From Lama glama (taxonomy: Eukaryota), in assembly GCA_028534125.1 (NCBI GenBank), contig CM052816.1, positions 8,186,001-8,250,000 of the forward strand: a stretch of 64,000 nt of DNA, in the 5' to 3' direction. The notes below the pieces were generated by a model that worked only from the letters and a program-made list of their open reading frames with translations, was not told where the DNA came from and searched no databases. The position numbers and the translations under genes are program-made. Below, one piece after another: positions 37,599-51,875 of the stretch. How positions within the stretch are numbered: position 1 is the first letter of the stretch; each line of letters begins with the position of its first letter.

Positions 37599-40249
37599 TT
37601 ACTAAAGGACACTTTGCTTAAAAAGAAGTAAGTAAAAAGAGAGAGAGGCCTTAAAAATGAGCAACAGTTTACTTCACAGATGGGTAAACTGAGGCCCCCC
37701 AAAGTGAAGGGATTTGCTTAAAGTATATAGAGGTGGATATCACGGAAACAGGTTATTCATTTTGTTTCTGAACAAATTTGATCCCAGGTTGGTAAGTGTT
37801 TGAGGAATCTAGGAGCCCTCGGAGAATTTCATACGAGCCACGATCACTCTCCCTCATGAAACACTCTCACTCCAACTTACAGAATGTTGGGTATTATTTC
37901 CCACAGACCCCCCCGACCCTAAAGCCCGTCTCAACTCCACGTTAGGGCCCCCTGATCCAAGAGTAAGGGGTACTGGAAAAAACCAAAGATGATGAATCAG
38001 GAGTCCTGGGGTCAAGGTCTTGGCCTCAGTTTCTTTATCTGTAAAATGGGGAAAGGGTGGACCTCAATGGCAAAATATTACTGGGCATACCAGCCTCTGA
38101 TGCAGCCACTTATGGCCCACACTCTGGCCTCTCGGGTGGAGCGGTTTCAGTGGCCAACTCCAACTTGATCCCTTCCCCCAGACATTCAAACCCCATCTGC
38201 TCTGGATTCCATGCTCCCAGGCCTTGCTCCATGCCAAGTGATCAGATTAGCTAACCTGGGCTGTGATTACTGACCATCAAGAGGTATTGGATGCTAATAC
38301 TCTCACAGATAACTTTCTGAAATCACCCCAGCTTGTGTCTGAGAGGTAGCATGCTTATGGGTACTAACTGAGCGTGGGGAGATTTAGAGGAGGAGTCTGG
38401 ACTCTGATTAGGAGGGGCCTTTCACCGAGCATCCAGGCAAGATGGTGAGTAGCTGGAAATTTGGGACTAGAATCTGAAAAGAGCAGAGGCTCATTAGAAG
38501 CGGATGTTAGCCTTAGGTGATGGTCGGTGGCTTTCATCATTTTGGGGAAGGGGTCACAGAATCCTTTGTGAAGCTAATGAAAAATACGCATCCTGTGCCC
38601 AGAACAATGCAGAGACACAGACTGATTTTGTTAAAATTTTAGGTGTGTTCATGAGCCCCCAGAGCCTCCCCAGAGACCCCAGCTAATGGCCCTGGGGGGA
38701 AGAAATGGAGGGGGGAGTGGTGAGAATAGGGGGAGGGAGAACAGGGAGCAACCCAGTTGAGGGGGGGTGAAGATATGAAAGCGCTGTCGTTGCTGGGGGG
38801 GGGTGGATACCAGGGAGAGGGCGGCGACCCAGAAACAAGAGGGAAGGCGGGTCTCAAAGCTGGGTGGCCAGTGGAGCCAAATGCCACCTGGTGTGGGACA
38901 GGCGAGGCACACCAGGCCCAGTGGGGACTGCAGGGGCTAGGGGGGACGGGCATCGGGTGGGCGGGCCTGGCACAACTTTTCTTCCAGGGAGCCGGGGGTG
39001 GGAACCAGATTGTGGTGGGTTCAGGGCGTGTGGGAGGTGGGAAGAGGAGGCGGCGGATGTCGGACACTTGTTCTGGAAGTTTGGCAGCAAAGAAGAGGGG
39101 AAGTGGCTCAGGCTGCTGGGTCGAGAGAAAGGCTCTTGGCTTTAAAATATTTTTAAGTTTAGGGGAATGATAGTTGTTTCATTTTCCAGAATGAGGGAGA
39201 CCAGGATGTGTTTGAAGAGGCAGCCACTGAAGGGAAGACCTGAAAGGTTGTCAGGACCAACAGTCAGACCCTCAAGGAGGGCAGAGTGGAGGGGGGCTCT
39301 GGTGATTATGCCCCCATCCACAGTGCTCTTGTCTGCTGACACCCACAGGCACACCCTGGGCTCTGGATGGCCCGGGGGGAAGCTGGGGAGGTTCCCTTTA
39401 GAAGAAGTTGACAATAACTAGTCTTGGGTACCAGGAACCTCTTCCCATCCCTATGTAGTGGAGACTCCTCACCGATGGCCCAGGAGGAAGCCGGGCTGGG
39501 GCTCCTCATCTCCATCTTTCAAATGGAAGGATAAGCAAACCTGCGGCCAAGCTGAGTGAGGACCCCGGTCTTTCGCGTCCCAACCTAATGCTCCTGGTGC
39601 TGCCAAGTCAGCATTTTGGGGTGTTTGAGACCAGAGAGGGTGATAAGCCCCCTATGGGCCGGCAGCCAGCCACTCCCAGGACACCGTGCCTGCCAGGCAG
39701 CTGGAAAGCAATTTCCAAGCGTGACTCTTGCTTTTCACGGCCCATTAGCACATTCCCACATTCTCAGCCACGCTGGACCCACTATCACTCTGCCCTCCCC
39801 ATCCGTCTGTCGGAGAGGCAGGTGCGGCCTCCCTGCCGGCTCACACCCAGGGGCAGGCTGCTCGCCCCAGGGAGCACCCCGTCCCCCTCACGTGGCCCCC
39901 CCAGCACCTCTTCTGGCTTGCTTCTTCCCTGAGCTTGGCAAACAAGATCCATTTTGCTTCTCATAATGCCAGCTGTTCTCATCATCTTGGAGACAATGAT
40001 CTCAATAAAAGGTGGTGTTTCTTGAGCCTTTACTGTATTCCAGAGACTGAGCTAAACCCGCCGTATACCATATTCTCTCACTGAATCCTTGAAACAGCTG
40101 CTCACAGCGGGTATTTTTCTTACTACATTTTACAGAGGAGGAGACAGGCTTACTGAGGTGAAGCAACTTGTTCGAAAGAGTCTGAGCCACGATTTGAACT
40201 CTGGGTGGTCTGGTTCAGGAGCTCCTGTTCAGATTCACACAGAACCTCA

Positions 40250-40432
40250 CCAGCTGAAATGGTGGTCACTAGCCGCTTCTAAGGATTTAAATGAAGTAAA
40301 GTTAAAAATTCATTTCCTCAAGTCTGTTGGCCATATTTCAAACGCTCTCTAACCATATGAGGCTACTGGCTGCCACACTGGACAACATAGACTATCTCCA
40401 TCATTGCAAAGGGTTCTGTTGGCCAGCCCTGA
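40250..40432. mobile_element. MER3-like hAT-Charlie MITE
   Basis: 'gccatatttcaaacgctc..aaccatatgaggctactggctgccacactggacaac..ccatcattgcaaagggttctgttggccagc'. Confidence 0.7.
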
Positions 40433-42099
40433 TATGGAATATTGAAGGTGGAAAGGCCTCTGTACTGTTTAGCTTCACGCTAACCCCAACCTCCACGTTG
40501 CCGATGAAGAAACTGAGGCCCACATTGGGGCAGACCTCCCAGCAGGGCTGAGCTCTCCAGTGTCTGTCTCATGCACACACTCCTCCTTGCCCACATTCTG
40601 TGACCCCCTCGCTAACACGGGTACACACTTCATACCCAGGGTGATGCACGTGTACTTTGACGCACCCAGAGCCTCATGGCGTCACATCCACAAGGGCGCA
40701 GTTGGGCTGCCAACACACACCTGTGGGCAGACACACCCCCTGAACTCTTTGCACCCAGGAACGCTATCACAGGTGCTCCCAGGACCCACTCACGGACGCC
40801 CCCCACTCACTCAGGGCCCTCAGTGCAGGTCTCATCCCTTCCTTCCGGTCACTCTCGCCCACCCTGCCCTCTACACCTGGGCCTCCTCCCCTCTTCCACC
40901 CTGTCCAGTTTCCAGGCTCCTGCCCACCCACCTGCTGGCCACCTGCTCAGCTCGGGGCCGTGGGAGGAGTGGGCTGGCCCTTCCTCTTGCCAAGGCTGCT
41001 GGGCTGTGGCCACTCGCTCACATAGGACAAGAATGCAGAAACATGACTTTTTTATACAAAAGATTAAAAAGAGAGCAAGTTAAGGCTGCAAGCTTACTGC
41101 CCGCACTCTTATTTTTGCCACAGATTCTCCTCTGCCCCTCAGCTCCCCGATCCCCAGCACCATGGCAGGTGGGGAGGAGCCTTTCCACTTGTGGACAGAG
41201 ACCTGAGGCAGCGTAGGTAGAGAGAGGGGCTCCTCGGTCCAGGCCCTCTCCTCGCCCCATTCGATGATCTGTGTGCCTGGCACCGTGCCCAGTGTTTTGC
41301 ATGTGTTACCTCACTTAATTTCCCCAACAAACCCAGGAGCTAGATACTATTATTGCCCCCACTTTACAGGAGGAAACAGAGAGGGGAAGAGCCAAGTTGA
41401 GTCATGATCAGACCACAGGCGTTTGTGAGACCAGAGCCCCTGCCTTCGAGGGCTGCACTCTTGCCTTTGGTGGAGACAGAAGACCAAGGGCAGGTGACCT
41501 GGATCCTCTTCACAGCCTCATGAGGAGAATGCCTGCTCACTTGATGCTTCAGGTTCCTGATCTGTTAAATGGGAGAATCATAATCCCCACTTTGCAGGGT
41601 TGCTGGAAGGAACAGGGAGCTTAGCAGTGAAAGTGCATTTAAAGGGAGGACACATTCTGGGTATGTGAGAGGCTGATGTCCTCTGGATCAGCAGCTCTGA
41701 ACTAGTTTTGATCAACTCCTCCCTCTGAGCATCTGCTAAAAGCTATGCATCCTTGCCCCAGAAAAAAATTAAAAAAACAAAAAGCACATACCTCCACTCA
41801 GAGGCACAGGATCTCCTTCAGGGGGTGAAGGGTTCCTGCAGCCTCTCTGCCCATGGCCTGGGCCCCTAGTTGGAATCTGGGATTTACACAAAAGCTTGGC
41901 TCTGTGTTATGAGGAAGAAGTTCAGCAAGCGTGTCTTCTCGTTTTACAGACATGGCTCCTAGGTCCTCAGCTCCTGGGGCAGAGCCCCGGTTCATGGGGC
42001 TTGTCAAGCCCCTCCTCGTAGAGCCCCATGTGATGGCCCATCGGTGCTGAGTTCCAGGAGGCCGGGCGCCTAACAGGGCTTCCCCAGAAGGCAGACAGG

Positions 42100-42275
42100 A
42101 CAGTGCCGAGCTGGCTGCGAAACAATCACTCGGGCAGCTTGTTAACTGAAAATACAGATTCCTGGGCCCACACTCAGAGACTCTGATTTGGTGGGCGGGG
42201 TGTGGCCTTGGAATATGTACTTTTAAAAGATCCCCAAGAGATTCTGAAACAGCCAGCTCGACAACCATTGGTCTC
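42100..42275. mobile_element. MER5-like hAT-Charlie MITE (further copies at ~45805-46075, ~47600-47730, ~52545-52690)
   Basis: 'aaaatacagattcctgggcccac..cagagactctgatt..tacttttaa..ccccaagagattctga'. Confidence 0.7.
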
Positions 42276-43994
42276 AGGTCTTTACCTAGGTTGGAGTTTT
42301 GTTTCTCTCAAGGAGAAATTTTCTCTCTCCCTCCCTCCCATCCTCCCTCTCTCCCTCCATCTCTCTATCATCAATATCATGTTAATTAAAGTCCAGCTCT
42401 GACCCAAGCATGAGGTGGATGCCAGGGAGCGAGCTGAGACCAGCCCCTGCACTCAGAAACTTACCACCTCCTTCCTTCCCTGCCCCTCCTCTCCCTGAAG
42501 TTCTCAGAATCTTTCCCAGAAGTGGCCACTTGAAACATTCTCTTCCCTGGGACTTCCCTGGGACTCCCACTGGACAGGGACCTGGACGTCCCTGTCTGGG
42601 TTGGGGGGCCACCTTTGAAAGACGAGTGTGCCCACCTTACTCAGATGCCTGTTCTTGTTCCTAACACCCCTGACTGAAGTCCTCTTCCCTGTCTCATTTC
42701 CATCCCTCTCAGCAAAATCTCCCTCCTGTTCCTACAGTAACATTTATGGAGGCCCTGTTGGTAGCAAAGATGGGGTACCTGTGCATGGGGTGTGAAGAGG
42801 AAAGTTCAAGTCCTGGCCCTCAGGAACCCTCTGTTGGGTGGACAGACAAGCTGGATGAGCAACCACAGTCCCGTGCTAGATGGGGAGCAGTGGGGGGCTC
42901 TAGGAGCACAAACAAGGGGCCCTGTCATGGCGAGACAACTCAGGGAAGGAGACCCGGGTCTGCTGCTCTCCTCCAGGTGAACAGCAGACAGGGCTGCCCA
43001 CCCAGGACGGTCTGTTGCCATGCCTGTGAATTCTGGCCTTCTCCGGATTTCCTATGAGGGCATATTTCCTGGTCTCTAGCCCCTCTCCCAGATCTTTCTT
43101 CCGCATCCTGCTCCGCCACTTCCCACCCGCTCCCTTGATGCCGCCCAGACATGAAGCCAGCGACATTATGCCCAGGGCTATGTGTGCAGCGGGCATCTCC
43201 GCCAGCCTGCAGGCTCCTCAACGCCTGCCAGTGTCTGCGCCTGCTCCCATCAGCCTCATCTTTGTGGCTTGGAGCTGCTAGCGTGCTTAGGAGAGGGGAC
43301 CAAAGTTTGGAGGATATGGTGGCATGCGGCTGTGTCAGGAAGCTGAACCTGCAGGCCAGGAAGTGGCAGGCACACTGGGTGGCGGAGAAGCCAAAAACCT
43401 GGGAGTATGGATATCTGAGTTCCAGACGCAGCACGGCCTGTTACCTGCTGTGTGACCTTGAGCAGTCTACTCTGAGCTATGCTGAGCTCAAAGTCTTAGG
43501 CTCCACTTCAAACTTAAGGAATCAGAATCACATTTTAACAAGATGCTGGGTGATTCATACGCACATTAAAATTGGAGAAGACTGTCCAGGAGACTTGCTT
43601 CTTGCCATTCGCCTGTGCTTAGGGCGGTAATGGTGGCGACCACAGTTAGTGTCGGGCCCCTTAGGGGCCTCCTCTGTGATATTCAGGGGTTGGACCCGAT
43701 GAGCTTTGGGACAATATGGCACCTAAATGCCAGATCTAGCCCTCAAACTAGTTTTGTTTGGCAAGATATTATGTTTAATTTTTTTTTTTTGGAATGAAGT
43801 GCTAGTACTTAAAAATTGGGAAATGTCACATAAATATCCAGACTTCCGGCTCTTCTTGAAAAAAATCAAGCAATCTGGGTAATGGGCCACATTCCACACG
43901 GCAACAATGTCTCCTGGGAGCAGTGAAATTCACAGCCCTTGCTCCAAGTTCTTCCAGCCACAAATACTTTGATGGTGAAATCTCAGGAGTGTCT

Positions 43995-44680
43995 TAAACC
44001 ATATGAAAAGATGCTCAGCTTCACTCTGAATGTGAGAATTCCAAATCAAATCCACACTGAGTCGCCATGTTCCACCTGTCTCACTAGCAAAGATATGAAC
44101 GTTTGATAACACATTGTGCTAAGGGCAGAGGAAATGGTCCCCTCATATACTGGTAGGTTCATCTCTAAGATGGATAGTCTCTCATTATCTGTCAATATTA
44201 CCAAATAACACCTACCCTTTGACCAATAATACCAACTCTGGAAGTTTATCCACAGACACCTGCACGCAGGGGAAATGTAATTCTAATGCACACATATAAG
44301 GTTAGTCATTGCAGCACTGTTTGTAATAGCTATGAATTGGAACTAACCTAATTGCCCATCAATAGGGGACAGGCTAGGTAAATTACAGGACAGCCGTACA
44401 ATTAAATAATGGGGAGCTCTATGTTATAATATAGAAGGTGGATCTCTAAACAAATTTCTGAATAAAAGGAGGGTACAGAACAGCACGCAAAGGCCAGGAC
44501 CGTTTGCGAGGGGGAGAGCATCTGTGGAAAGCTGCTCTGGCCGCACTGGCCAACTCTGGGGAAGGGACTTTGGAGACTAGGGTACAGGGATGGGAAGGAG
44601 TCTTTTAACTATCTCCATCTTTGTGTCTTTTGAACTTTGAACCATGTCGTGTGTTACATACTCAAAGAATAAAAAACTGA
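43995..44680 (+). mobile_element. Old L1M (L1ME-like) fragment
   Basis: 'catatgaaaagatgctcagcttcact', 'cattgcagcactgtttgtaatagc' and 'gcccatcaatagggga' are L1 ORF2-end/3' UTR motifs. Confidence 0.75.
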
Positions 44681-44940
44681 AAGCTTCCAGGGACCTAGAT
44701 TCTGTGATTCTAACACTGTATGATGCTAATATTTTAGAACTTGGTGAACCTAACTTATGACTCTAGAAGGCTCATCTCTCATGAGGCCAAGCTCCTAATG
44801 ATTTACTACTAGTGGTTCTTCTGGGTCCCCGAGTCGGATTACGGCAGCCGCTGTGAGCTCGAGCAGCCCTGGAGGGGGGATCCCTCCCAGCACAGTGCTG
44901 CTGCACGAACTCCGGTGTCTCCTGAGGATGCAGCCCTTGA

Positions 44941-45090
<150 letters not shown>

Positions 45091-46949
45091 TGACCCGCCC
45101 TCCGGGGATCTCCTCCCTTCACCCCTCCCTCTAACGCTTGGGTTGGAACCAGGACGTGGGTCTGCCCCCTGGGATATGCTGCTGTCAGAGGTGGGGCTCT
45201 TCATCCTATGGGTGTTATGAGAACAGACCCCTCCATGTTCCTTCCTTAGGAGTCTAGGCTGGAGGCCACAGCCTCTCTGACAGGCCAGGCTCCCTGCCCT
45301 CCACCTACCCAGCCAGATGAAGGTTAAGGTGCCAGGTGGGCCCTCCTTTCCTTGTTCTTCTGCCACTCGCCTCCGTTTTCACTGCCAGACCTCTGCCCCT
45401 AGCGTTCTTTCTGCCTGGATGCCCTTACCTGGCTCCTTACAAGGCTGGCTCTTTCTCAACCTTTGAGTCTCAGCTCAATGCCACATCCTTTGAGATGTTT
45501 CCCTGACCTCCAAATCTGAGGGGATCTTCCCCATTTTTTCTCTCTCATTACTGTTTACTTTCTTTGTGGCTTTCTCCCAACCTAGATTTAACCCACTTAC
45601 TGGCTTGGGTCCTTGTTTAATATCCATCTTCCCTCTTGACCATAAACACCAAGAAGGTAGGGATGGGTCTCACTCCCTATAAATGCCCAGCACCTAGGAC
45701 AGCACCTGACACATCCAGGGCTGAACCAGTGTCCAGTGACCACCATGTGTACCCTGCTTCAGCCACACCAGTCCACCTTCTGGTCCCTAAATACTCCCTA
45801 GGACAGTAGTTACCAAGCCTGGAATCCCTGGAACACTTCAAACACCCCTGATGCCTGGATCCCACCCCCAAGTGTTGTGATTTAACTAGTCTGGGCTGTG
45901 ACTTGAGTGTTGGAAATGATTCCCAGGTGATTCTAATTTGGAAGTGGTCCTAGACCAGCAATATCGGCATCACCAGGAGGTTGTTAGAAATGCAAATTCA
46001 TGATTCCAGATGTAATGAATCAGAATCTGCATTTTTAACAAGACACCAGTGATTCGTGTTGACATTAAAACTTGGGACACATGCTCAGAAGCTTTTCTTC
46101 TTGCCCTTAGCATGTGATGTGGTTAGGCTGATAATGGTGGTGACCATGGTCAGCATGTTAGAGACGATTACCTTCAAATATCTATTATCCCCCACTCTCA
46201 ACGGTGGGTCTGAGCTGCCTTGGGGACCCCTAGGGGTGATGGGAATTCTGTTGGGTAAGGCAGGTACTGGTGCGAACTGTGCAGTGTGGAAGACATCGTG
46301 TGAGGAGCTGGTGCAGCGTCCAGGTGTTTGCCTGGCATAGTGGCAGCTGTGTCTGGGCCGGTGCCCAGCAGGTGTGGGTTTCACGGTGGCTGGTACAGGA
46401 TGTTCACATTGTCTCCCACGGGCCTCCCAGAAGGCTCCGTGTCAGACTGTGTGCTGCTGCCTTTCATCTCTCTGGCTCAGAGTTGCTGGGAGCCCAATAC
46501 TTTCTCCCAGTTACTGAACTCCCCAGCAGGGAGGATAGCGTCCTGCAGGGAGAGGAGGCTGGGGTGGGGGTAAGAGTGGTTCTCTGATGAGCAAGGCCCG
46601 CAGTGGCACACAGTCAGCATGAACGGTGGTGTGGAAGGGCCAGAGCTGGAGCCGGGGCAGGGAGTCAGGGCGGGCAGGCAGGCTAACAGGAGTGCTGCCT
46701 CATGGCCAGATGCTGGGACTCGCCTTGCCATTGCTGGGTGACTAGTGGTGATCTAATGCCCTCTCTGCTTTATGTTTCTAGTGAGGAATGGAGAGATGTC
46801 CCCATCCCTGAGATACGGTAGGGGCAGGACGAGAGCCACAGCCCTGTGGGGTGGCACAGGATGTCTTGGGGTGACAGGCTGTGTTGCCTCAAAATGAATG
46901 ACGATCAGGAACCAAGGTCCTCCTTGGAAGCTGGCACTCTCAGAGCCAC

Positions 46950-46984
46950 ATCCACACACACACACACACACACATACACACATA
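46950..46984. repeat. (CA)n microsatellite
   Basis: Directly visible. Confidence 0.9.
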
Positions 46985-48619
46985 GGACAGAAAGAGACAG
47001 ATGTGTATGGGCAGAATGGAAGGGGCAATGCCTATTTGCCGGCTGGTGACTAAGCATTACTGGGGCAGTGTAGACTCTGGGCTGTGCAGTAACCGCCCAG
47101 CCCAGTCTCTGGCAATTTGTGGCGCCTTTGACCTCTTGGGAGGAAGATACCCAGGCCTTGGTGAGTGTGAGGGTGGGAGTGGGGATGCTCTCAGGGGAAC
47201 CTTTCCAAAGAAGTCTGCCAACTGCCAACGCTTTTCTCCCCAGCGGGAGAGGAGGGGCAGAGCTTCTTTTAGCAGGTTTCTTTGTTTGCCACTCACGGGG
47301 CCCGGGGTGGGAGCGGTTTGATGTTGAATATTTGGCAACACACTCTAAGCTTCTCCTGAGAGCACACCCTGGTGACTTTGGCAGCTCCCAGCAGGGGTCG
47401 TGCCCACCCGGGGCATCTGACCACCCCTCTTCCTTCCCCACAGGGCCAGCCTTTTCTATCGAGTGGTTCCCAAACCCAGGACACAGGTTTTGTGTGTATT
47501 TTTAAACTAGTCTTTTGTATAAAATGATCATAGTATAAATTCCAAGAAGCCATAAAGACATGAAATGAGAGGTAAAAAAAAATTTCCTGTCCCAATCCCT
47601 GCCTAATTCCCTTGGGAGCCTTTTGAAAAATGCAGCTGCCCCAGTTCCTCCCCTGAGGGTGGGGGATTCAGTAGGTGAGACCCAAGCCGCTGAATTTAAA
47701 AAATCCCGCTGGCAGTGACCATAGCCAGTCTGCGCTCAGCGCTAACTCCCTGCCAGGGGCTCTGGACGCTTCCCTAGCCACAGTCTCACCAGGAAGAATT
47801 CATCAACATTTTAGGGCAGGCTGGGTGCACAAATGTGGCTGGTGCAGCCGTACGTGACTGGCTCTCAGGTACAGCATCCTCACAGGCCCCGCTGTCCACC
47901 TGAGTGCCGACAGTCTCTTCCTTGGCTCCCTGGTGACCAGTGCCAGGACAGCAGGTGGGAAGCATGGTGTGAGCTCATTGGGGCTGCCCCTGAGCTTCAG
48001 GGCCAAGCAAGGGAGCCTGTGAGGAAGCAGTAAGACACGTCTTTCCGGTCGTCCTCATTCCCTCCCCACCCCTGCCTGGTGCTCTTGGTCCGTGGGATCA
48101 TTTCGCCCACCTCCCAGGATCTGGAGGCCTGTTGAGGCCCTGTGGAAGGAGGGGGCATTTCCCGTTCTAAGACTTGGAGGTCTGTTTTCTCCTTTGGTTC
48201 CTGTACTTCCAGTCAGAATCCCACTGCCTGTCTGCCTGACCTCTCTTCCCTGGGCTGTGCTCTGCCCGACCCTGCCCTACTGGCACCGGCCCAGGGATCT
48301 CGCCCCAGAGTCTCCACCCATCCCCCACCTGCTAAGCTCTATGCAGGGCCAGCCTCCTTAACCCCAACACCCTGGAGGCCTGCCCCCAGGGAGGGAGGGA
48401 GAAGCACCCATCCTAATGGGCATTGGGAGCAACCCTTCCACGGACTCAGGCAGGAGGGTAAAGACTCGCTTCTCTCAGACATCTCACTGTCACGGGACTC
48501 TGCTGAGCCGGATGGTTGTATGTATCAGTTATGAGAATGCAATACAGTACAGTAATTATGAACATGGGCTGAGATCCTAGCTCTGCCATTTCTTGGCTCT
48601 GGGAACTTGAACAAGCTGC

Positions 48620-49130
48620 TTAGTGGCTTTAGGCCCTGGGAACATGGCAGATACGGACAGACAAGGTCTTGATCTCATTGCACCTGTTTTCTAGGGAGGG
48701 GAACTGAAAAGAACATTAAACGCACAAATAAGCTGGGTGATTTCAGGTAGTGATGAGTGTTGTAAAGAAAATAAACCAGGAAAATGGGGAAGTGATGGGG
48801 CAGGAGGGATTCTCAGAAAAGGCAGCTGAGGAAGCTGTCTGAGGAGGTAACATTTTGCTGGGATCTGCCTGAGGTGAAGAAGGCTGCCATGAGAAGACTC
48901 TCCCAGGCAGAGGGCACAGCCAGTGCAAAGGCCCTGCGGTAGGAAGGAGACTGCAGTGCCTGAGGCCACAAAGGAGCTCAGTGTGGCTGGAGCTTCAGGT
49001 GAAGATGAGACAGGACCCAGCAGGATCTTGCTGGATGTGGTGATGAGTTTGGATTGTATTATAAGTACATTAGGAAGCTGTTAGAAAGTTGGAAGTCAGG
49101 GAGTTACAAGATTTAATTTATATTTTAACT
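48620..49130 (-). mobile_element. L2 LINE fragment
   Basis: 'ctgaggaggtaacattt..cagagggcacagccagtgcaaaggccctg..gtgtggctggagc..gagtttggatt' L2 pattern. Confidence 0.7.
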
Positions 49131-51010
49131 AGAAGTCCTTGGCTGTCCAGGGGTTGTGGGAACTGTTCAGGAGTAGTTCCTCAGAGCTCTGAGTTGTAAT
49201 AAAGCTTGACCACCTTGACGACCACCTTGATTTTGATAAAGACTCTGCTCCTGTATCATTAGGCCTCATTTTCCCCATCTACATAATGGGGCAAGGCCTC
49301 AGAGGTCAAGAGAAACTGTCCCTATGTTTCTTGAGGTTCCCAGTATACGAGAAAGTGAAAACATTTCAAACAGAGTTAAAAAAATTATTGTATAAAGTGT
49401 ATGTTTACATTCAACAAATTAATGCTTTTAGCACTGAAAGTTGCAATGCAATGTAATTGTACTATGCATCAGATGATTACAACATTTATAAAAACAATTA
49501 GTTCCCAGCATTTCCAGCTATGAGGTCTGGTAACCAGGCCCATGTTTGAAGCTCTGTGACCAACATTTCTTCCATCAATCCTGTCAGGTGTAACTGCTCC
49601 TGGGTGACCTCACCTGGAGAAAACATCAGAATTCTGGATTTAGGTCCTTTGTCCCCTGAATGTGTAGCCTGGGCAAGGAGGAGCCCAGCCCCCTCTGATA
49701 GGCCCCACTTTGACCTGCCTGGTTTCTGGTTCTGCTGGGGATGGGTGGGGTGGGGGACAGGGTGTGGAGGCAGGGAAGATCCAGCCTTCTTCAGGTCATT
49801 GAGGGCCCTTGGCCAGCCCTGGATGGGGATTCCCCCTCCTTTCCCCGGGGAACCACCCTGGAGCATACGAAAGGAGGCAGCGAGAGAGGGGAACCAGAGG
49901 GATGTCCCCAGCCTGCGCCAGCCCCCCTCCGTCCCCCCACAGCCGCCTTCAGCTGGGGAGTGGAGCTTACACTCTACAGAAAGAGGATTGGACTTAATTG
50001 CTTTGCTGATGGAAAAGCTACATTTCAGTATTGATCTCAGCTTCTGCAGCCCTTAGAGGATGCCCAGTGATTGCTGTAATGGAGAGGGAAGGGGAGAGGG
50101 GAACCAGCTGCCTGGGGACAGGGCTGGAACTTTCTCTATCCTCATCGCCCTCCCTGGGGCCCACCTGCTCTGGAGGAGCCAGAGACCGGGGTTCTAGTCC
50201 TGGATCTGCCTCCTGCGAGCCTCAATTTTCCCAGTCGGGAACTGGGGCATGGGGATAGGTGGAAGTGGTGGTGATGAGTCAAGGTGTGGAGAACAGGATA
50301 GCATGGGGTTTTAAAGCTCACCCTTGGTTTCTGACTGCCTGGGTACACAGTGTGGCTCTACTATTCACCACAGTGTGACTTTGGGCCAGGTACTTAACCT
50401 CTCTGAACCTCTGTTGCCTCCTCTGTAAAGCCAGCATGGTGATAGTACTGCTTTCAGAGGACTGGTGGGAGGACTTGAGATGTGTTTAAAGTGCTCTGCA
50501 TAACACCTGGCACATAGTAAATATTCTACATTTGCTCCTGGCTCCCCCCTCCCATTTTTTTTCCATTTTGTTATTTTAAATTAAGGTATTAACTACCAAG
50601 TTGTGAGAAAAGCACCAAAAAGGGAATTGAGAAATACATAAAAACAGTGATGCCCACACCCCAGGGAGGTGTGGAGGTGATTGTGGTCAACAGCCTGAGT
50701 CAGAGACCACAGGTGCAGATTCTGAACTGGGCCTTTCTCCCAGATGGGCGGGGAAGTCCAGGGAATTTGGACATAAGTCCTGGAAAGCAGGTGTCCTGAG
50801 TCCTCTCAAGGGAGGCAGCTTCTGCAAATCAATACAGCCCTTCTCCCATAGAGAATACCCACTCCTTTAGAAAGGTTCATTCATTCATTCCTTTGTGTTT
50901 TTTTTAACTTTATTCTTATGTTTACAGAGTCAATATGGGTTGAAGGGGTCATTTAAATGTCCCAGTTATATTCATACTATATTACACGGAAGAAATGATA
51001 AGTATATATC

Positions 51011-51094
51011 TTTTTTTAAATGGAGTTATTTGGAATTGAACCCAGGATCTTGTGCATGTTAAACACACACTCTACCAATGAGCTGCACCCTCCC
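51011..51094 (-). mobile_element. Diverged Vic-1-like tRNA-derived SINE
   Basis: 'ggaattgaacccaggatcttgtgcatgttaaacacacactctaccaatgagctgcaccctccc' matches the other two copies. Confidence 0.8.
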
Positions 51095-51815
51095 TACCAT
51101 TCAGTTATCTCCTGAGCACCTCCTATAGGCCAGGCCTTTGGGTAGATGCCAGGGGGACAATGGAGACCAAGTCCTTGCCCTCAAGAATAGCAATATCCAT
51201 GAGACAGAGTGGGACTTGCCATCCAGGGACCCTGAGAAAAGGGAGGAGCCCCTGCTAGCCTGGCAGTCAGGGCAGGCTGCCAGGAGAAGGCGCCATTGAA
51301 GGATGGGTTGGAGAGAGTGATGGCTGGTGAAGGACAGATGGTTGGCTAAGAAGGAGTATTGCAAGCCCAGAGAACCACACGTGAGAAGCCCCAGAGTGAG
51401 AGGGCTGAGCAGGGGGTGCCGGGAGAGGTGAAATTCAGCAGTTCAGTCCGGCTGGAGTGTAGTCTGAGGGGCAGGGCTGGAGCAGGGGAGCAGAAGCCTG
51501 ATCGGCGGTGGGGGCGTTCCAGGCTGCACGGAGCTTGGCTCTTACACAGGCAGGGGATGCCCCTTACTTGAGAGCCCAGGAAACTGAGGCCCAGAGAGGG
51601 GAAGGGACCTGTGAATCACTGCAGCCCCGGGCTCTCTCTCTCCGGCTGCTTCCCGCTGCCTTCCTGGAGGACCCAGAGGCTCCGCCCCAAAGGCGAGCTC
51701 TTCCAGGGGCGGGGCTGCCCTGGGAGGTGGAGGTCATCCGAGGCCGTGAGGGGGGAGAGGTGGGGTGGGTGCAGGTGCCTCCCTCACCTGGGCTCACTGG
51801 GCACCTGTGTTTCAG

Positions 51816-51875
51816 ACCACCAGAAGCTGGAGCGTGAAGCGCGCATCTGCCGGCTCCTGAAGCACCCCAACATCG
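51816..51875 (+). CDS. CAMK2A: CaMKII alpha exon 3 (DHQKLEREARICRLLKHPNI)
   Basis: ttcag|AC acceptor and G|gtgagt donor, 60 nt; alphaC helix. Confidence 0.97.
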
